Below, piece after piece: positions 9,718 to 18,469 of a stretch of 64,000 nucleotides of DNA. Position numbers and translations under genes: made by a program. The notes under the pieces were generated by a model that was given only the letters and a program-made list of their open reading frames with translations, made no database searches and was not told the origin of the DNA. Location of the stretch: contig OZ250150.1 of NCBI GenBank assembly GCA_965237675.1, positions 192,001 through 256,000 on the forward strand, given 5' to 3'. Positions within the stretch are counted from its first letter, which is position 1; every line of letters starts with the position of its first letter. Origin of the DNA: Candidatus Latescibacterota bacterium. GTDB lineage: Bacteria; Latescibacterota; UBA2968; GCA-2709665.

Positions 9718-10974
9718 GTGATGAGGGTGGAAGAACTTCGGGGAAAGCGGATTGCGCTGGCGGCTTCAGGCGGGCTGGACAGTTGCACGGTCGCGCGCTG
9801 GCTGGCCGATCAGGGGGTCGAGGTGGTGAGCATAACCGCGGATATCGGGCAGCCGGATGAGGACGATATCGAGGATATCGGGCGGCGGATGCTGGCCTGT
9901 GGGGCCGTGGAATCGGTGATCCTGGATCTGAAGGCGGACCTGGCCGAGGAGGCGATCACAATGCTTCTCGCCAACGCCGTGTATGAGGGCGGGTACTGGA
10001 ATACCACCGGTCTTGCCCGACACGTCACCACGCAGGGGATTCTAAGAGAGATGCTGGCGAGCGACATCGACGTGCTTTCGCATGGCGCCACGGGCCGCGG
10101 GAACGATCAGGTACGTATCCAACTAGTCGCGAATATGCTTTCGCCCGCCATCAAAGTGTACGCGCCGTGGCGCGACGACGCGTTCCTGGAGCATTTCGGC
10201 GGACGGCGGGAGATGATCGCCTACTGCCAGGCCCGAGACCTGCCCATAACGGCAACGCAGGACAAGCCGTATTCGACCGATGCAAATCTGTTGGGGTTGA
10301 CCCATGAGGCCGGCAAACTCGAATATCTCGACGTGGCGGCAGACTTCATCGAGCCCGGCATGGGGGTTTTTCCGCAGGACGCGCCCGACCGCGCGGAGAC
10401 GTTTTCAGTGACACTGGAGGCGGGTCGCCCGGTACTCATGAACGGGGAACCCGTGGATGCCGTGTCCGCGATCGCCACGGCCAACGACGTTGCCGGGCGC
10501 CACGGAGTGGGCATTGGAATCCACACGGTTGAAAACCGGTTTGTCGGCATCAAGTCCCGGGGCGTGTACGAAAGCCCGGGGCTCACGTTGCTGGGTTCGT
10601 GTTACCAGTTCCTGTTGCAGCAGGTGCTGGACAGGCGGGCGCGGCGATTTTACGATTCACTTTCCTCGGCGCTCGCCGAGCAGATTTATCAGGGATATTA
10701 TTTCGACCTGTCGTCGCAGATGATACGTGGCGCCCTGGCGCCGGTACGGACGTTGGCGGCGGGCTCGTTGACCGTGTCGGTCTACAAGGGCACGGTAACC
10801 TATCAATCCTCCTCGGCAGTGACGCATTCGCTGTATTCGTCCGAATTGTCCTCGATGGAAGCGATCGGGGATTACGACCATAGGGATTCGGAGGGGTTTC
10901 TGAATGTGTTGGGCGTCAGCGCCAAGGCGTTGAATGCTTCGGGCCAGGTGGATGAAGGACTGCCGGAAAACTGA
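9718..10974 (+). CDS. argG: Argininosuccinate synthase
   Basis: ASGGLDS PP-loop, HGATGRGNDQVR, YSTDANLLGLTHE, ENRFVGIKSRGVYE. Confidence 0.95.
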   Translation: MMRVEELRGKRIALAASGGLDSCTVARWLADQGVEVVSITADIGQPDEDDIEDIGRRMLACGAVESVILDLKADLAEEAITMLLANAVYEGGYWNTTGLARHVTTQGILREMLASDIDVLSHGATGRGNDQVRIQLVANMLSPAIKVYAPWRDDAFLEHFGGRREMIAYCQARDLPITATQDKPYSTDANLLGLTHEAGKLEYLDVAADFIEPGMGVFPQDAPDRAETFSVTLEAGRPVLMNGEPVDAVSAIATANDVAGRHGVGIGIHTVENRFVGIKSRGVYESPGLTLLGSCYQFLLQQVLDRRARRFYDSLSSALAEQIYQGYYFDLSSQMIRGALAPVRTLAAGSLTVSVYKGTVTYQSSSAVTHSLYSSELSSMEAIGDYDHRDSEGFLNVLGVSAKALNASGQVDEGLPEN

Positions 10975-11033
10975 AAGATCCGGAGTCTGTAACCGCGATT
11001 CATTCGGAGACGGTGGTAATTTCGGAGAATTCG

Positions 11034-12440
11034 ATGGACGGATCTGTAGAAAAACCCTGGTCGGGGCGGTTTGATAAGCCGTCGGATAGAAGCATGGAGC
11101 AATTCAACGCGTCCATCGGGTTCGACCGGCGGCTCTACAAGGCGGACATCGCCGGGAGCCGGGCGCAGGCGAAAGCGCTCGCGAAGATTGGTGTCTTGAA
11201 GCCGCAGGAAATGGAATATGTCCTGAATGGGTTGGACCAGGTGGAAGTGGAAATCGCCGAAGGGCGCCTCCCGCTGGGCGAACACCTGGAAGACATACAT
11301 ATGGCGGTGGAGGCGCGGCTGATCCAGATTGTGGGCGAGGTGGGCGGCAAGTTGCATACGGGGCGCAGCCGGAACGATCAGGTGGCGCTGGACGAGCGGC
11401 TGTATCTGCGGGAGGCAGCACGGGATACCGTTGCCGGAATCGACCGGCTGCAGGCCGTCCTCGTGGATTTCGCGGATCGGCACATCGACGTTTTGATGCC
11501 GGGATATACGCACTTGCAACAGGCGCAGCCCGTGCGCCTGTCACACTATACAATGGCATTGTTCTGGATGCTGGATCGGGACCGGGGACGGTTCGCGGCA
11601 TGCTCCGATCGGGCGGATGCGATGCCGCTCGGGTCGGGGGCATTCGCCGGCAGCGCCTATCCTATCGACCGGAAATTTCTGGCCTCGGAACTGGGTTTCT
11701 CACGGATAACCGAAAACAGCATCGACGCGGTGAGCGACCGCGACTATCTGCTGGAGTATCTGTCCGCCGCTGCAATTCTGATGGGACACCTGAGCCGGTT
11801 CTGTGAGGATCTGATAGTATGGTCGTCGTCGGAGTTTCATTTTATCGAACTGGACGACGCGTACAGCACCGGGTCGAGCATGATGCCGCAGAAAAAGAAC
11901 CCGGATTCACTGGAACTGATCCGCGGAAAGACGGGTCGGGTGTATGGCAATCTGATGTCGCTGTTAACCGTGATGAAGGGATTGCCCCTCACCTATTCGA
12001 AAGATCTGCAGGAGGACAAAGAGGCCTTTTTTGATACGGTCGATACGGTCAATCAGGTGCTGACGGTGTTTGCCGGCGCGTGGGAAACAATGACGGTCCG
12101 GTCGGAGCGCATGCGCGAAGCACTCGACGGCACGATTGTGGCGACGGATCTGGCGGATTATCTGGTGCGTAAGGGGTTGCCCTTTCGGGAAACCCACAGG
12201 ATCGTGGGCAGGCTGGTCCGGAAGGCCCTGTCGCAGGGACGGCGCCTGGACGAACTGGACCTGCGAACGTTCCGCTCCGAGTGCGATCTGTTTGAGGCGG
12301 ATGTCGCGGAGTCGCTTTGCGCCGAGGACAGCGTCGACAGGCGCGAACTGGCCGGTGGAACGGGTTATCAGGCTGTGCTGGGACAGATCCGCAATGGGAG
12401 ACAGTTGCTCAGGGGGAGAACCCGGGGAGCGGCAGGTTGA
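11034..12440 (+). CDS. argH: Argininosuccinate lyase
   Basis: WSGRF, EDIH, HTGRSRNDQV, PGYTHLQQAQP, GSSMMPQKKNPD, DLQEDKE. Confidence 0.97.
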   Translation: MDGSVEKPWSGRFDKPSDRSMEQFNASIGFDRRLYKADIAGSRAQAKALAKIGVLKPQEMEYVLNGLDQVEVEIAEGRLPLGEHLEDIHMAVEARLIQIVGEVGGKLHTGRSRNDQVALDERLYLREAARDTVAGIDRLQAVLVDFADRHIDVLMPGYTHLQQAQPVRLSHYTMALFWMLDRDRGRFAACSDRADAMPLGSGAFAGSAYPIDRKFLASELGFSRITENSIDAVSDRDYLLEYLSAAAILMGHLSRFCEDLIVWSSSEFHFIELDDAYSTGSSMMPQKKNPDSLELIRGKTGRVYGNLMSLLTVMKGLPLTYSKDLQEDKEAFFDTVDTVNQVLTVFAGAWETMTVRSERMREALDGTIVATDLADYLVRKGLPFRETHRIVGRLVRKALSQGRRLDELDLRTFRSECDLFEADVAESLCAEDSVDRRELAGGTGYQAVLGQIRNGRQLLRGRTRGAAG

Positions 12441-13072
12441 AGTCCTTCAGCGAGCGCGACGTGCGGCGACACTACGATCTCCTGCAACACAGACCCGAAC
12501 TTGGCCTCACGCAACTGAAAGCCATGGACGGAGACCATGTCATCGGCATCGGGTTGTTCGATAACGAGGCCGATTTCGTGTCGGAATGCCGTCGGTACAA
12601 TGGGTTGGGCACGCTATACGTGGGTGTGAATCCGAGGTCGAATCGGCTGTTGCAGGACTACGGCGGATTGAAGAACCGCATGCGCACCCTGTTCATGGAC
12701 GTGGTTGCGGAAGGCGATATCGACTTTATAACCGGCATGGCCGTTTTCGATCCGGAACGGCTCGTCAGTCCTGCCCGGAAATTTCTGCGCGACGCTTCCG
12801 TGCTTACGGAGCGGGAGGTATTCATCCCCCTCGATACAGCGATGCCTGTATCCCGGGAATCGCTGCACGAGGTCCGGCGGCGGCTGGGCATATGGCTTTA
12901 CGGCAAGGGCGAGTCCGACAGGATCGATGTAATGCAATGTGTACGGGTGGTGGGGACGGCGGTACCGCATGGTGGGTGGTTCAAGCGTCGAGCGGTGTTT
13001 AAGAAATATCGGCCCTACATCATGGATGGTATTACGTCTGAGATCGAGGATCCAAAGGACGGGCCGGTTTAA
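12437..13072 (+). CDS. Hypothetical protein, degenerate RepB/AEP primase-like fold
   Basis: TTG start overlaps the argH stop (TTGA). GLFDNE...LYVGVNPR and D..QCVRVVGT resemble RepB-type primase scaffold motifs. Confidence 0.55.
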   Translation: MKSFSERDVRRHYDLLQHRPELGLTQLKAMDGDHVIGIGLFDNEADFVSECRRYNGLGTLYVGVNPRSNRLLQDYGGLKNRMRTLFMDVVAEGDIDFITGMAVFDPERLVSPARKFLRDASVLTEREVFIPLDTAMPVSRESLHEVRRRLGIWLYGKGESDRIDVMQCVRVVGTAVPHGGWFKRRAVFKKYRPYIMDGITSEIEDPKDGPV

Positions 13073-13147
13073 CGATGCCCGAGACGGAACTTTCGGTCAG
13101 ATGGGGCGTCTACGAGGCGGCGTTATGTGCCGGCTAACCCCAGGCGC

Positions 13148-13170
13148 GCGGGTCGACGACCCGCTTTTTT
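13148..13170 (+). terminator. Intrinsic terminator ending the arg operon
   Basis: GCGGGTC-GAC-GACCCGC followed by TTTTTT. Confidence 0.75.
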
Positions 13171-13193
13171 ATTGACGTTATCGGCTCAGGCGC

Positions 13194-13222
13194 TTGACCT
13201 TCCACAATATCCGCCTTACATT
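13194..13222 (+). promoter_or_regulatory. Sigma70-like promoter
   Basis: TTGACC-17 nt-TACATT about 40 nt upstream of the next start codon. Confidence 0.5.
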
Positions 13223-13264
13223 GAAGTCCTGCCGGGAAGTCACCTCACATCCAGGGAGATGGTA

Positions 13265-14287
13265 ATGTTTCGAAAAACAATCGCTGTGCTGTGCGCCGGT
13301 TGTCTGCTGTGGACCAGCGTCGTTGGCGCGGGTCAGGCGTGGGCGACTGAATCCACAAGTGATAAGGCGGTGGAGGACGAAAAGGATGGCGAAGAACCTG
13401 TCAAAACCGTCCGAACGATTGAAAGCAAAGACGACGCGGGGTGGTCCATCGTGGATGTGAGGCAAATTGAGGGGAATCTGGTGGTCCTCAGCCCACTCGT
13501 GGGCCCGGAAATCGACCTGGAAGAGAGCAACCGGTACTCGATCCTCCAGGGGCGTAGCGTCTACAACGAGAGGGTTCCCATACGGTTCCTCGACGTGGCT
13601 GTTCCCGGTCTCCAGACAGCCACTTTTCTGAAACTTGGAGAACGCGTCGTGGTGAGGATCCGGTACCGGTCGGGCTCGGAGATCGAGGACAGGACGATGC
13701 CGGTAGGGGACGAGGATACGCTCCGACGGCTACGGGAATACGTCGAGCATTTCGACGAGGTTCGGAAGGGAAAATATAAGATCGGATTTGAATCCTCGTT
13801 GCCCGAAGATGCGGAGTACCCCAAATATACCGATCGGGAAGTATCCTTCGTAGAGCGGCGCACCCGCGCCGGGATCACGCGCCGTCTTCCAGGCGGGGTG
13901 GTTCTTAAGAACGGTGAGCGGATACAGGGGCAACTTTTACCGGAATTCGACGACGGAAACATACTGGTCCAATCCGGACTCGATGCCCGGCGTGTTCCGG
14001 TTGAGGATATCGAACGGGTCCTGTTCCATCGGGGGAAGCGTTCGACAAAGATTGGCACCGCTTTCCGGATGGGTATCGGTGGCGCCGTGTCGGGTGCAAT
14101 TCTCGGTGCGCTGGCCGCCTGGCAGTCGAACTCGCCCGTTAAAGAGACAGCGATTCTGTTCGGATCGATATCGGGCGGAATCGGGTTTCTTACAGGTCTT
14201 TTCCGCTCGAGAGGCGGTCCCGGCAAACGTGAGTTTGTGCTGGGTCCTGTAAAAGACGACAGGGATCGTAAATCGGACAAGGAATGA
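13265..14287 (+). CDS. Exported/membrane hypothetical protein with C-terminal glycine-rich transmembrane pair
   Basis: Signal peptide MFRKTIAVLCAGCLLWTSVVGAGQAWA and RBS GGAG. C-terminal GIGGAVSGAILGALAAW...GSISGGIGFLTGLF. Confidence 0.75.
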   Translation: MFRKTIAVLCAGCLLWTSVVGAGQAWATESTSDKAVEDEKDGEEPVKTVRTIESKDDAGWSIVDVRQIEGNLVVLSPLVGPEIDLEESNRYSILQGRSVYNERVPIRFLDVAVPGLQTATFLKLGERVVVRIRYRSGSEIEDRTMPVGDEDTLRRLREYVEHFDEVRKGKYKIGFESSLPEDAEYPKYTDREVSFVERRTRAGITRRLPGGVVLKNGERIQGQLLPEFDDGNILVQSGLDARRVPVEDIERVLFHRGKRSTKIGTAFRMGIGGAVSGAILGALAAWQSNSPVKETAILFGSISGGIGFLTGLFRSRGGPGKREFVLGPVKDDRDRKSDKE

Positions 14288-14426
14288 GATTGGGGGAACG
14301 GGAACCCGGATTCGAACCTGGCTGATTTTTCGCCCGGGTCCCGTATCTCAACCGGGGTGCTGCGACGTTTCTGAATGGGGATGGCTGGAAGCCGATCGCT
14401 GGTGGCCGCGTGACCCGGAGGGAGAA

Positions 14427-14948
14427 TTGACAATCCTGGCGTATCAGCACGAAAGTCCGGATGTTCATGAGTCGGCCTTTCTGGCCAACGGGGCGGTACT
14501 CATCGGAAGGGTGTGGGTCGCGTCGGAGGCCAGTGTCTGGTTCAATGCCGTTCTACGGGGCGACGAGGAGCCGATCCGGATCGGCAAAGGATCCAACATC
14601 CAGGACGGCGCAGTCTTACATACCGATCCTGGATGTCCGTGTACCGTGGGCGAATACGTAACGGTGGGACACAACGCGATCTTGCACGGTTGCGCGGTGG
14701 AGCGCGGGGCTACGATAGGAATGGGCGCAACGGTGTTGAATCATGCGAGGGTCGGCGAGGAATCGCTGGTTGCGGCCGGTGCACTTGTGCTGGAAGGCAT
14801 GGAGATCCCGCCTCGAACGCTGGCGGCGGGTGTGCCCGCCAGGATACGGCGGGAACTGACGGATGATGAGATCGCGCGTCTCAGGAAAAATACCGATGGG
14901 TACATAAATCGGAGGGAAGTCTACAAGGGACTGAAATCGAAAGCTTAG
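14427..14948 (+). CDS. Gamma carbonic anhydrase family protein (hexapeptide repeat, YrdA/PaaY-like)
   Basis: VWFNAVLRGD, NIQDGAVLH, TVGHNAILHGC with three His ligands; TTG start after GGAG. Confidence 0.93.
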   Translation: MTILAYQHESPDVHESAFLANGAVLIGRVWVASEASVWFNAVLRGDEEPIRIGKGSNIQDGAVLHTDPGCPCTVGEYVTVGHNAILHGCAVERGATIGMGATVLNHARVGEESLVAAGALVLEGMEIPPRTLAAGVPARIRRELTDDEIARLRKNTDGYINRREVYKGLKSKA

Positions 14949-15047
14949 CGTTGAAAATCGCTGCTGGCGGACTTTGAATGGTTTTCGGGGTCCGCCTTTA
15001 TTATTAATTCACCGTACCGCTGGAGCCATTGAGGCAACCTGTGTGAA

Positions 15048-15351
15048 GGTGGGGCAGACATTCCTGTCTGCCCGTCTCAATGTCCCTCTGCCAGAATGCA
15101 TATAGATGAAAGGCTTGCGCCGCCTTCGTAAAGCCGATACTCGTGGTGGCGCTTGAGTCAGAGCAGACGCGCTTCCTGGAAGGCGCGGCGTTTGTCACGG
15201 GGGATCGCGCCAGCGAGGCGAAATGTGGTCCAATAGATAGCGTCGTCCTTTTTCCAGTGAGGGAGACGGCGGCGAGTCGTGGCCTGCCCAGACATAGGAT
15301 TCTGAGGTTTGGGATTTGTGTACGTGAGCAGACAGGAATGTCTGCTCCACC
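15048..15351. repeat. Inverted pair of REP-like palindromes (REPIN-like)
   Basis: GGTGGGGCAGACATTCCTGTCTGCCC at 15048-15073 and an inverted copy GAGCAGACAGGAATGTCTGCTCCACC at 15326-15351 (24/26 identical after reverse complementing). Confidence 0.8.
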
Positions 15352-15453
15352 CTTTTTAGCTTTGGTTCGAAGTATCGCCTGAGCGCATCAACCATCCGGG
15401 AGAAGACGCCTGAACGTGCTTCCATTTCCCGACGCAGCACGGCGCCACTACCT

Positions 15454-15483
15454 CCTGTCTGCGTGCTGAAACGCACATGCAGG
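15454..15483. repeat. Short palindromic repeat, CCTGTCTGCGTGC...ACGCACA-GCAGG family
   Basis: CCTGTCTGCGTGCTGAAACGCACATGCAGG; a second family member lies inverted at 60384-60419. Confidence 0.6.
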
Positions 15484-15678
15484 CTGGTCAGGACGCCGCG
15501 TCGGAGGCGACTTCCATCTTCCTGGCGCATCGACTTGCAAGAGCGAACCGGACATAATATTCTTGAACTTACACGGTATTTTTCTCCAAACTCATTGATA
15601 TAACATTATTTGCGTCACCATAATACAATGAATTGTGTAAGGAAATCGCTTTTATATCGATTGTTCATGTGAAATACT

Positions 15679-16056
15679 GTGGATCCCACACCAGAAATTA
15701 CCGAGAGATTCGAGCAGGGCATCCGCGAGTTCAATTCGGGCGACTTTTATTCGTCTCACGACACGTGGGAGGACGTCTGGATGGATGTGCGAGGCCCGGA
15801 ACGGCCCTTCTTCCAGGGGATGATCCAGGTGGCCGTGGGATATTATCATCTGACGTGTGAGAATTTCGCGGGGGCGGAGCACCTGCTGACCCGGGGAATT
15901 CAGAAGCTGAAGGCATTCAGTCCGTGCCACCGGGGACTCGATACCGGGGACATGGTCCGCAAGGCGGCGGCGGTGCTGGCGGAGGTCCTCGAGATCCGGG
16001 CGGGCAGGCGGAAGGCATATCGATCGGAGATTGCGCCGAGGATTCGAAGGGTTTGA
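15679..16056 (+). CDS. DUF309-family protein
   Basis: FNSGDFYSSHDTWEDVW...FFQGMIQVAVGYYH...N..GA..LL, the DUF309 signature. Confidence 0.9.
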   Translation: MDPTPEITERFEQGIREFNSGDFYSSHDTWEDVWMDVRGPERPFFQGMIQVAVGYYHLTCENFAGAEHLLTRGIQKLKAFSPCHRGLDTGDMVRKAAAVLAEVLEIRAGRRKAYRSEIAPRIRRV

Positions 16057-16084
16057 CTTTTTACTGATCGCCAATGTCAACGAT

Positions 16085-16107
16085 AAGGGCCTTCCGGCCC
16101 TTTTTTT
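16085..16107 (+). terminator. Intrinsic (possibly bidirectional) terminator
   Basis: AAGGGCC-TTCC-GGCCCTT followed by a T run, between convergent genes. Confidence 0.75.
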
Positions 16108-17286
16108 ATTTTTCGACGTGGAAGATGGCCGTGCGAGTGGCGGCCTGTAAGCTGTTCAGGTCGGTCACGGATACCCGGATGCGGCTGAAGCCGGGTTTGA
16201 GATAGGGCGGCATCCAGTTCGAAGTAGATCGCCTCCGTGGCATCATCGCCGTTCCGCTCGTAGCTCACGACCACCTCCTCTGCTCCCGCTGCGACAATTC
16301 TGCGCACAAGCGACGATAACGCGCCGAAGAACCCCTTCCCCAAACGGGCGTCCCGTTGTATCGAATAGGAAACCCGGTATCTGTTTCTTCCGAACGCGTC
16401 CCGATGCAGGTTGTAAAGTTCATAGTAAATGTGGATGTTTGTGTCCTGACGGTAGCTCCGGCTCGGCATCGGCACCACCCACAGATTCTCTTTCTTGAAT
16501 TTCCCTTCCCGTGTCGTTTCCGTGATGTTCCAGCACAATTGCAGATCGCTGATAGTGAGCGAGTCCACATAGTCAGGGACGTTCAAATCCTGGAGATAAA
16601 CCCCCCATTTGCCGGAGGTCCGGTCCACAAGCTGGACGGCAAGACGGTAGTCTCCCGGAGCGACCTCAAACCGCATCAAGTCAGGCGCGAAGATCCCACG
16701 GGAATACTTTCTCCCCAAAAAACGTCCTGGCATACCACACCCTCCGGAAATGCTCCGCCTCCCGCACCCTACCCGCCGACACCAGCGCCATGTCCCGTTT
16801 CTTCCAGAATGCCCGAAGCCATTCCTCCTTTTCCTTCCCCGATTTGGCCTTATAGGTCTCAAGCTCCGCCGGGAAGGTCACAAGAGACAGATCTTCATAC
16901 AACGCACGCTCGCTGTCGGGCAGCGCGTGAAAAACCTTCTGGAATAGCGCAACGGCCAGGTCCACGTCGCCCAATGCCGCGTGTGCCTGTGCCGCCACCG
17001 GCAGGAGCCGTGAATCCGGCGACGAATCCGCAAGGGCGGGTTCGAGCGCCTTCAGCGCCGCCGCATATTTATATTGCTCGATATACGTCATCGCAAGGCC
17101 CCGATACCCCCGAATATCTCCAGGTAGAATCTCCAGATAGGCGTAACCCAGTCGAACCCATTCCCGGGCGTCACGCAGCGCTTCCAGTGACTCCGCGGGG
17201 CTCGCGGCAGTGCTGTAACGAGACAAAGGAAGAATCAGAAGCAGCACGACTAACGTCGATGCAAAAATCGCTTTCGCGCGCATCAC
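16106..17286 (-). pseudogene. Decayed TPR/GWxTD-domain exported protein
   Basis: Three frames align colinearly with the intact paralogue at 28133-30346: the N-terminal part to FPWD, the middle part GIFAPD...YRLAVQL...YFELD, and the tail YLKPGFSRIRVSVTDLNS...FHVEK* ending at 16106. Two large internal deletions and a frameshift near 16205. Confidence 0.88.
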
Positions 17287-17399
17287 TCTACCCTTCCCTA
17301 TGGATTTTGTTTTTCTTCCTGCGGACCGTGCATCAGAAACATACGATGAAGAAAAACTGCGAAATCTGTTTAGATTCCCCGAATCTACCCTCCAATGAG

Positions 17400-17434
17400 T
17401 AAAGACACCGATTCGCCTTTACCGGTTCAGTAAA
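17400..17434 (-). promoter_or_regulatory. ECF-sigma-like promoter, copy 1 (GWxTD pseudogene)
   Basis: Minus strand TTTACTGAACCGG-TAAAGGCGAATCG-GTGTCTTTA, same motif and spacing as at 28010 and 30504. Confidence 0.75.
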
Positions 17435-17565
17435 ATGTGGATCTGATTTGAAGACACGGTCGAATGGACGCAAGGCACTGTATTCGTTTTGCCAGAACTC
17501 ACATCCTTGTTTGAATCCGGCCGCTCTCGGCCTGTTTCACAAGATCTGAATTTATGAAATGCTCG

Positions 17566-17594
17566 TTGACATAAACCGGGGGCCAAGGTATATT
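17566..17594 (+). promoter_or_regulatory. Sigma70 promoter
   Basis: TTGACA-17 nt-TATATT upstream of the SDR gene. Confidence 0.75.
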
Positions 17595-17680
17595 GATTTA
17601 GGGTTGTAAGATGTTATTAATTGGCAACGTAGCCGATGGCTATGGGCAATTTCGACCAGACGACACCAAAGGAGTTTTCG

Positions 17681-18469
17681 ATGCGGTTAAAGGGGAAGGT
17701 CGCCTGGATTACAGGCGGCGGCGCAGGTATTGGCAGGGCCGCGTCAATGCGGTTCGCGACGGAGGGCGCGAAGGTGGTTGTACTCGAAATGGACCAGGCG
17801 CGTGGGCAGGCCGTCATTGAATCGATCCACCGGGCGGACGGCGAGGCGGCGCTCGTGGTGGGCAGCGCAACAGATGAGGCGGACGTGAACCGCGCGATCG
17901 AAATGGCCATGAAAAGGTATGGCGGCCTTGATATTCTGGTGAACAATGCCTATTATTGCCATGGTACTCATGTCCTGGAGATCGAGCCGGAATTATGGGA
18001 CCGAAATATCGAGGGATGCCTGAAGAGCGCCTATCTGTGCAGCCGGGCGGCGCTTCCGCATATGATCCATCGCGGTGCCGGATCGATTGTGAATATATCG
18101 TCCGTCAATGCGATCATGTCGTATGGCGAAAGTGCGTATAGCGCGGCAAAGGCAGGCGTCATTTCACTCACGAAAACAATGGCGGTGGATTACGGCCCGG
18201 AGGGGGTGCGGGTGAATGCAATCTGCCCGGGAACCATTGACACGGAAGGGTGGCAGCCCGTACTGGAAAAGGATCCGGAAATATTCGAACGCATTGCGCA
18301 GGTCTATCCCCTCAAGCGCGTCGGAAAACCCGAGGAAATCGCCAACGTCGCGCTCTTTCTGGCCTCGGACGAGGCATCGTTCGTTACCGGTGCGGTTGTT
18401 GTCGCCGATGGGGGCGTGACATCGGGAAATCCGGCTTTTCTGGATCATGTAGCGGGTAAACTCTCGTGA
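17681..18469 (+). CDS. Short-chain dehydrogenase/reductase (FabG-like)
   Basis: TGGGAGIG, LVNNA, NISS, YSAAK, NAICPG; RBS AAGGAG before ATG 17681. Confidence 0.93.
   Translation: MRLKGKVAWITGGGAGIGRAASMRFATEGAKVVVLEMDQARGQAVIESIHRADGEAALVVGSATDEADVNRAIEMAMKRYGGLDILVNNAYYCHGTHVLEIEPELWDRNIEGCLKSAYLCSRAALPHMIHRGAGSIVNISSVNAIMSYGESAYSAAKAGVISLTKTMAVDYGPEGVRVNAICPGTIDTEGWQPVLEKDPEIFERIAQVYPLKRVGKPEEIANVALFLASDEASFVTGAVVVADGGVTSGNPAFLDHVAGKLS

Noticed and set aside
14291-14345. tRNA-like 3' fragment on the minus strand (GGTTCGAATCC...CCA)
   Set aside because: The T-stem has a mismatch, the T-loop-to-CCA distance is 19 rather than 16 nt, and there is no D or anticodon arm; better explained as part of the ACGGGAACCCGG/CCGGGTCCCGT hairpin.
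16681-16700. Programmed frameshift joining the two GWxTD fragments
   Set aside because: No slippery sequence; about 220 residues including most of the signature domain are missing at the junction, and a second frameshift follows, so this is decay.
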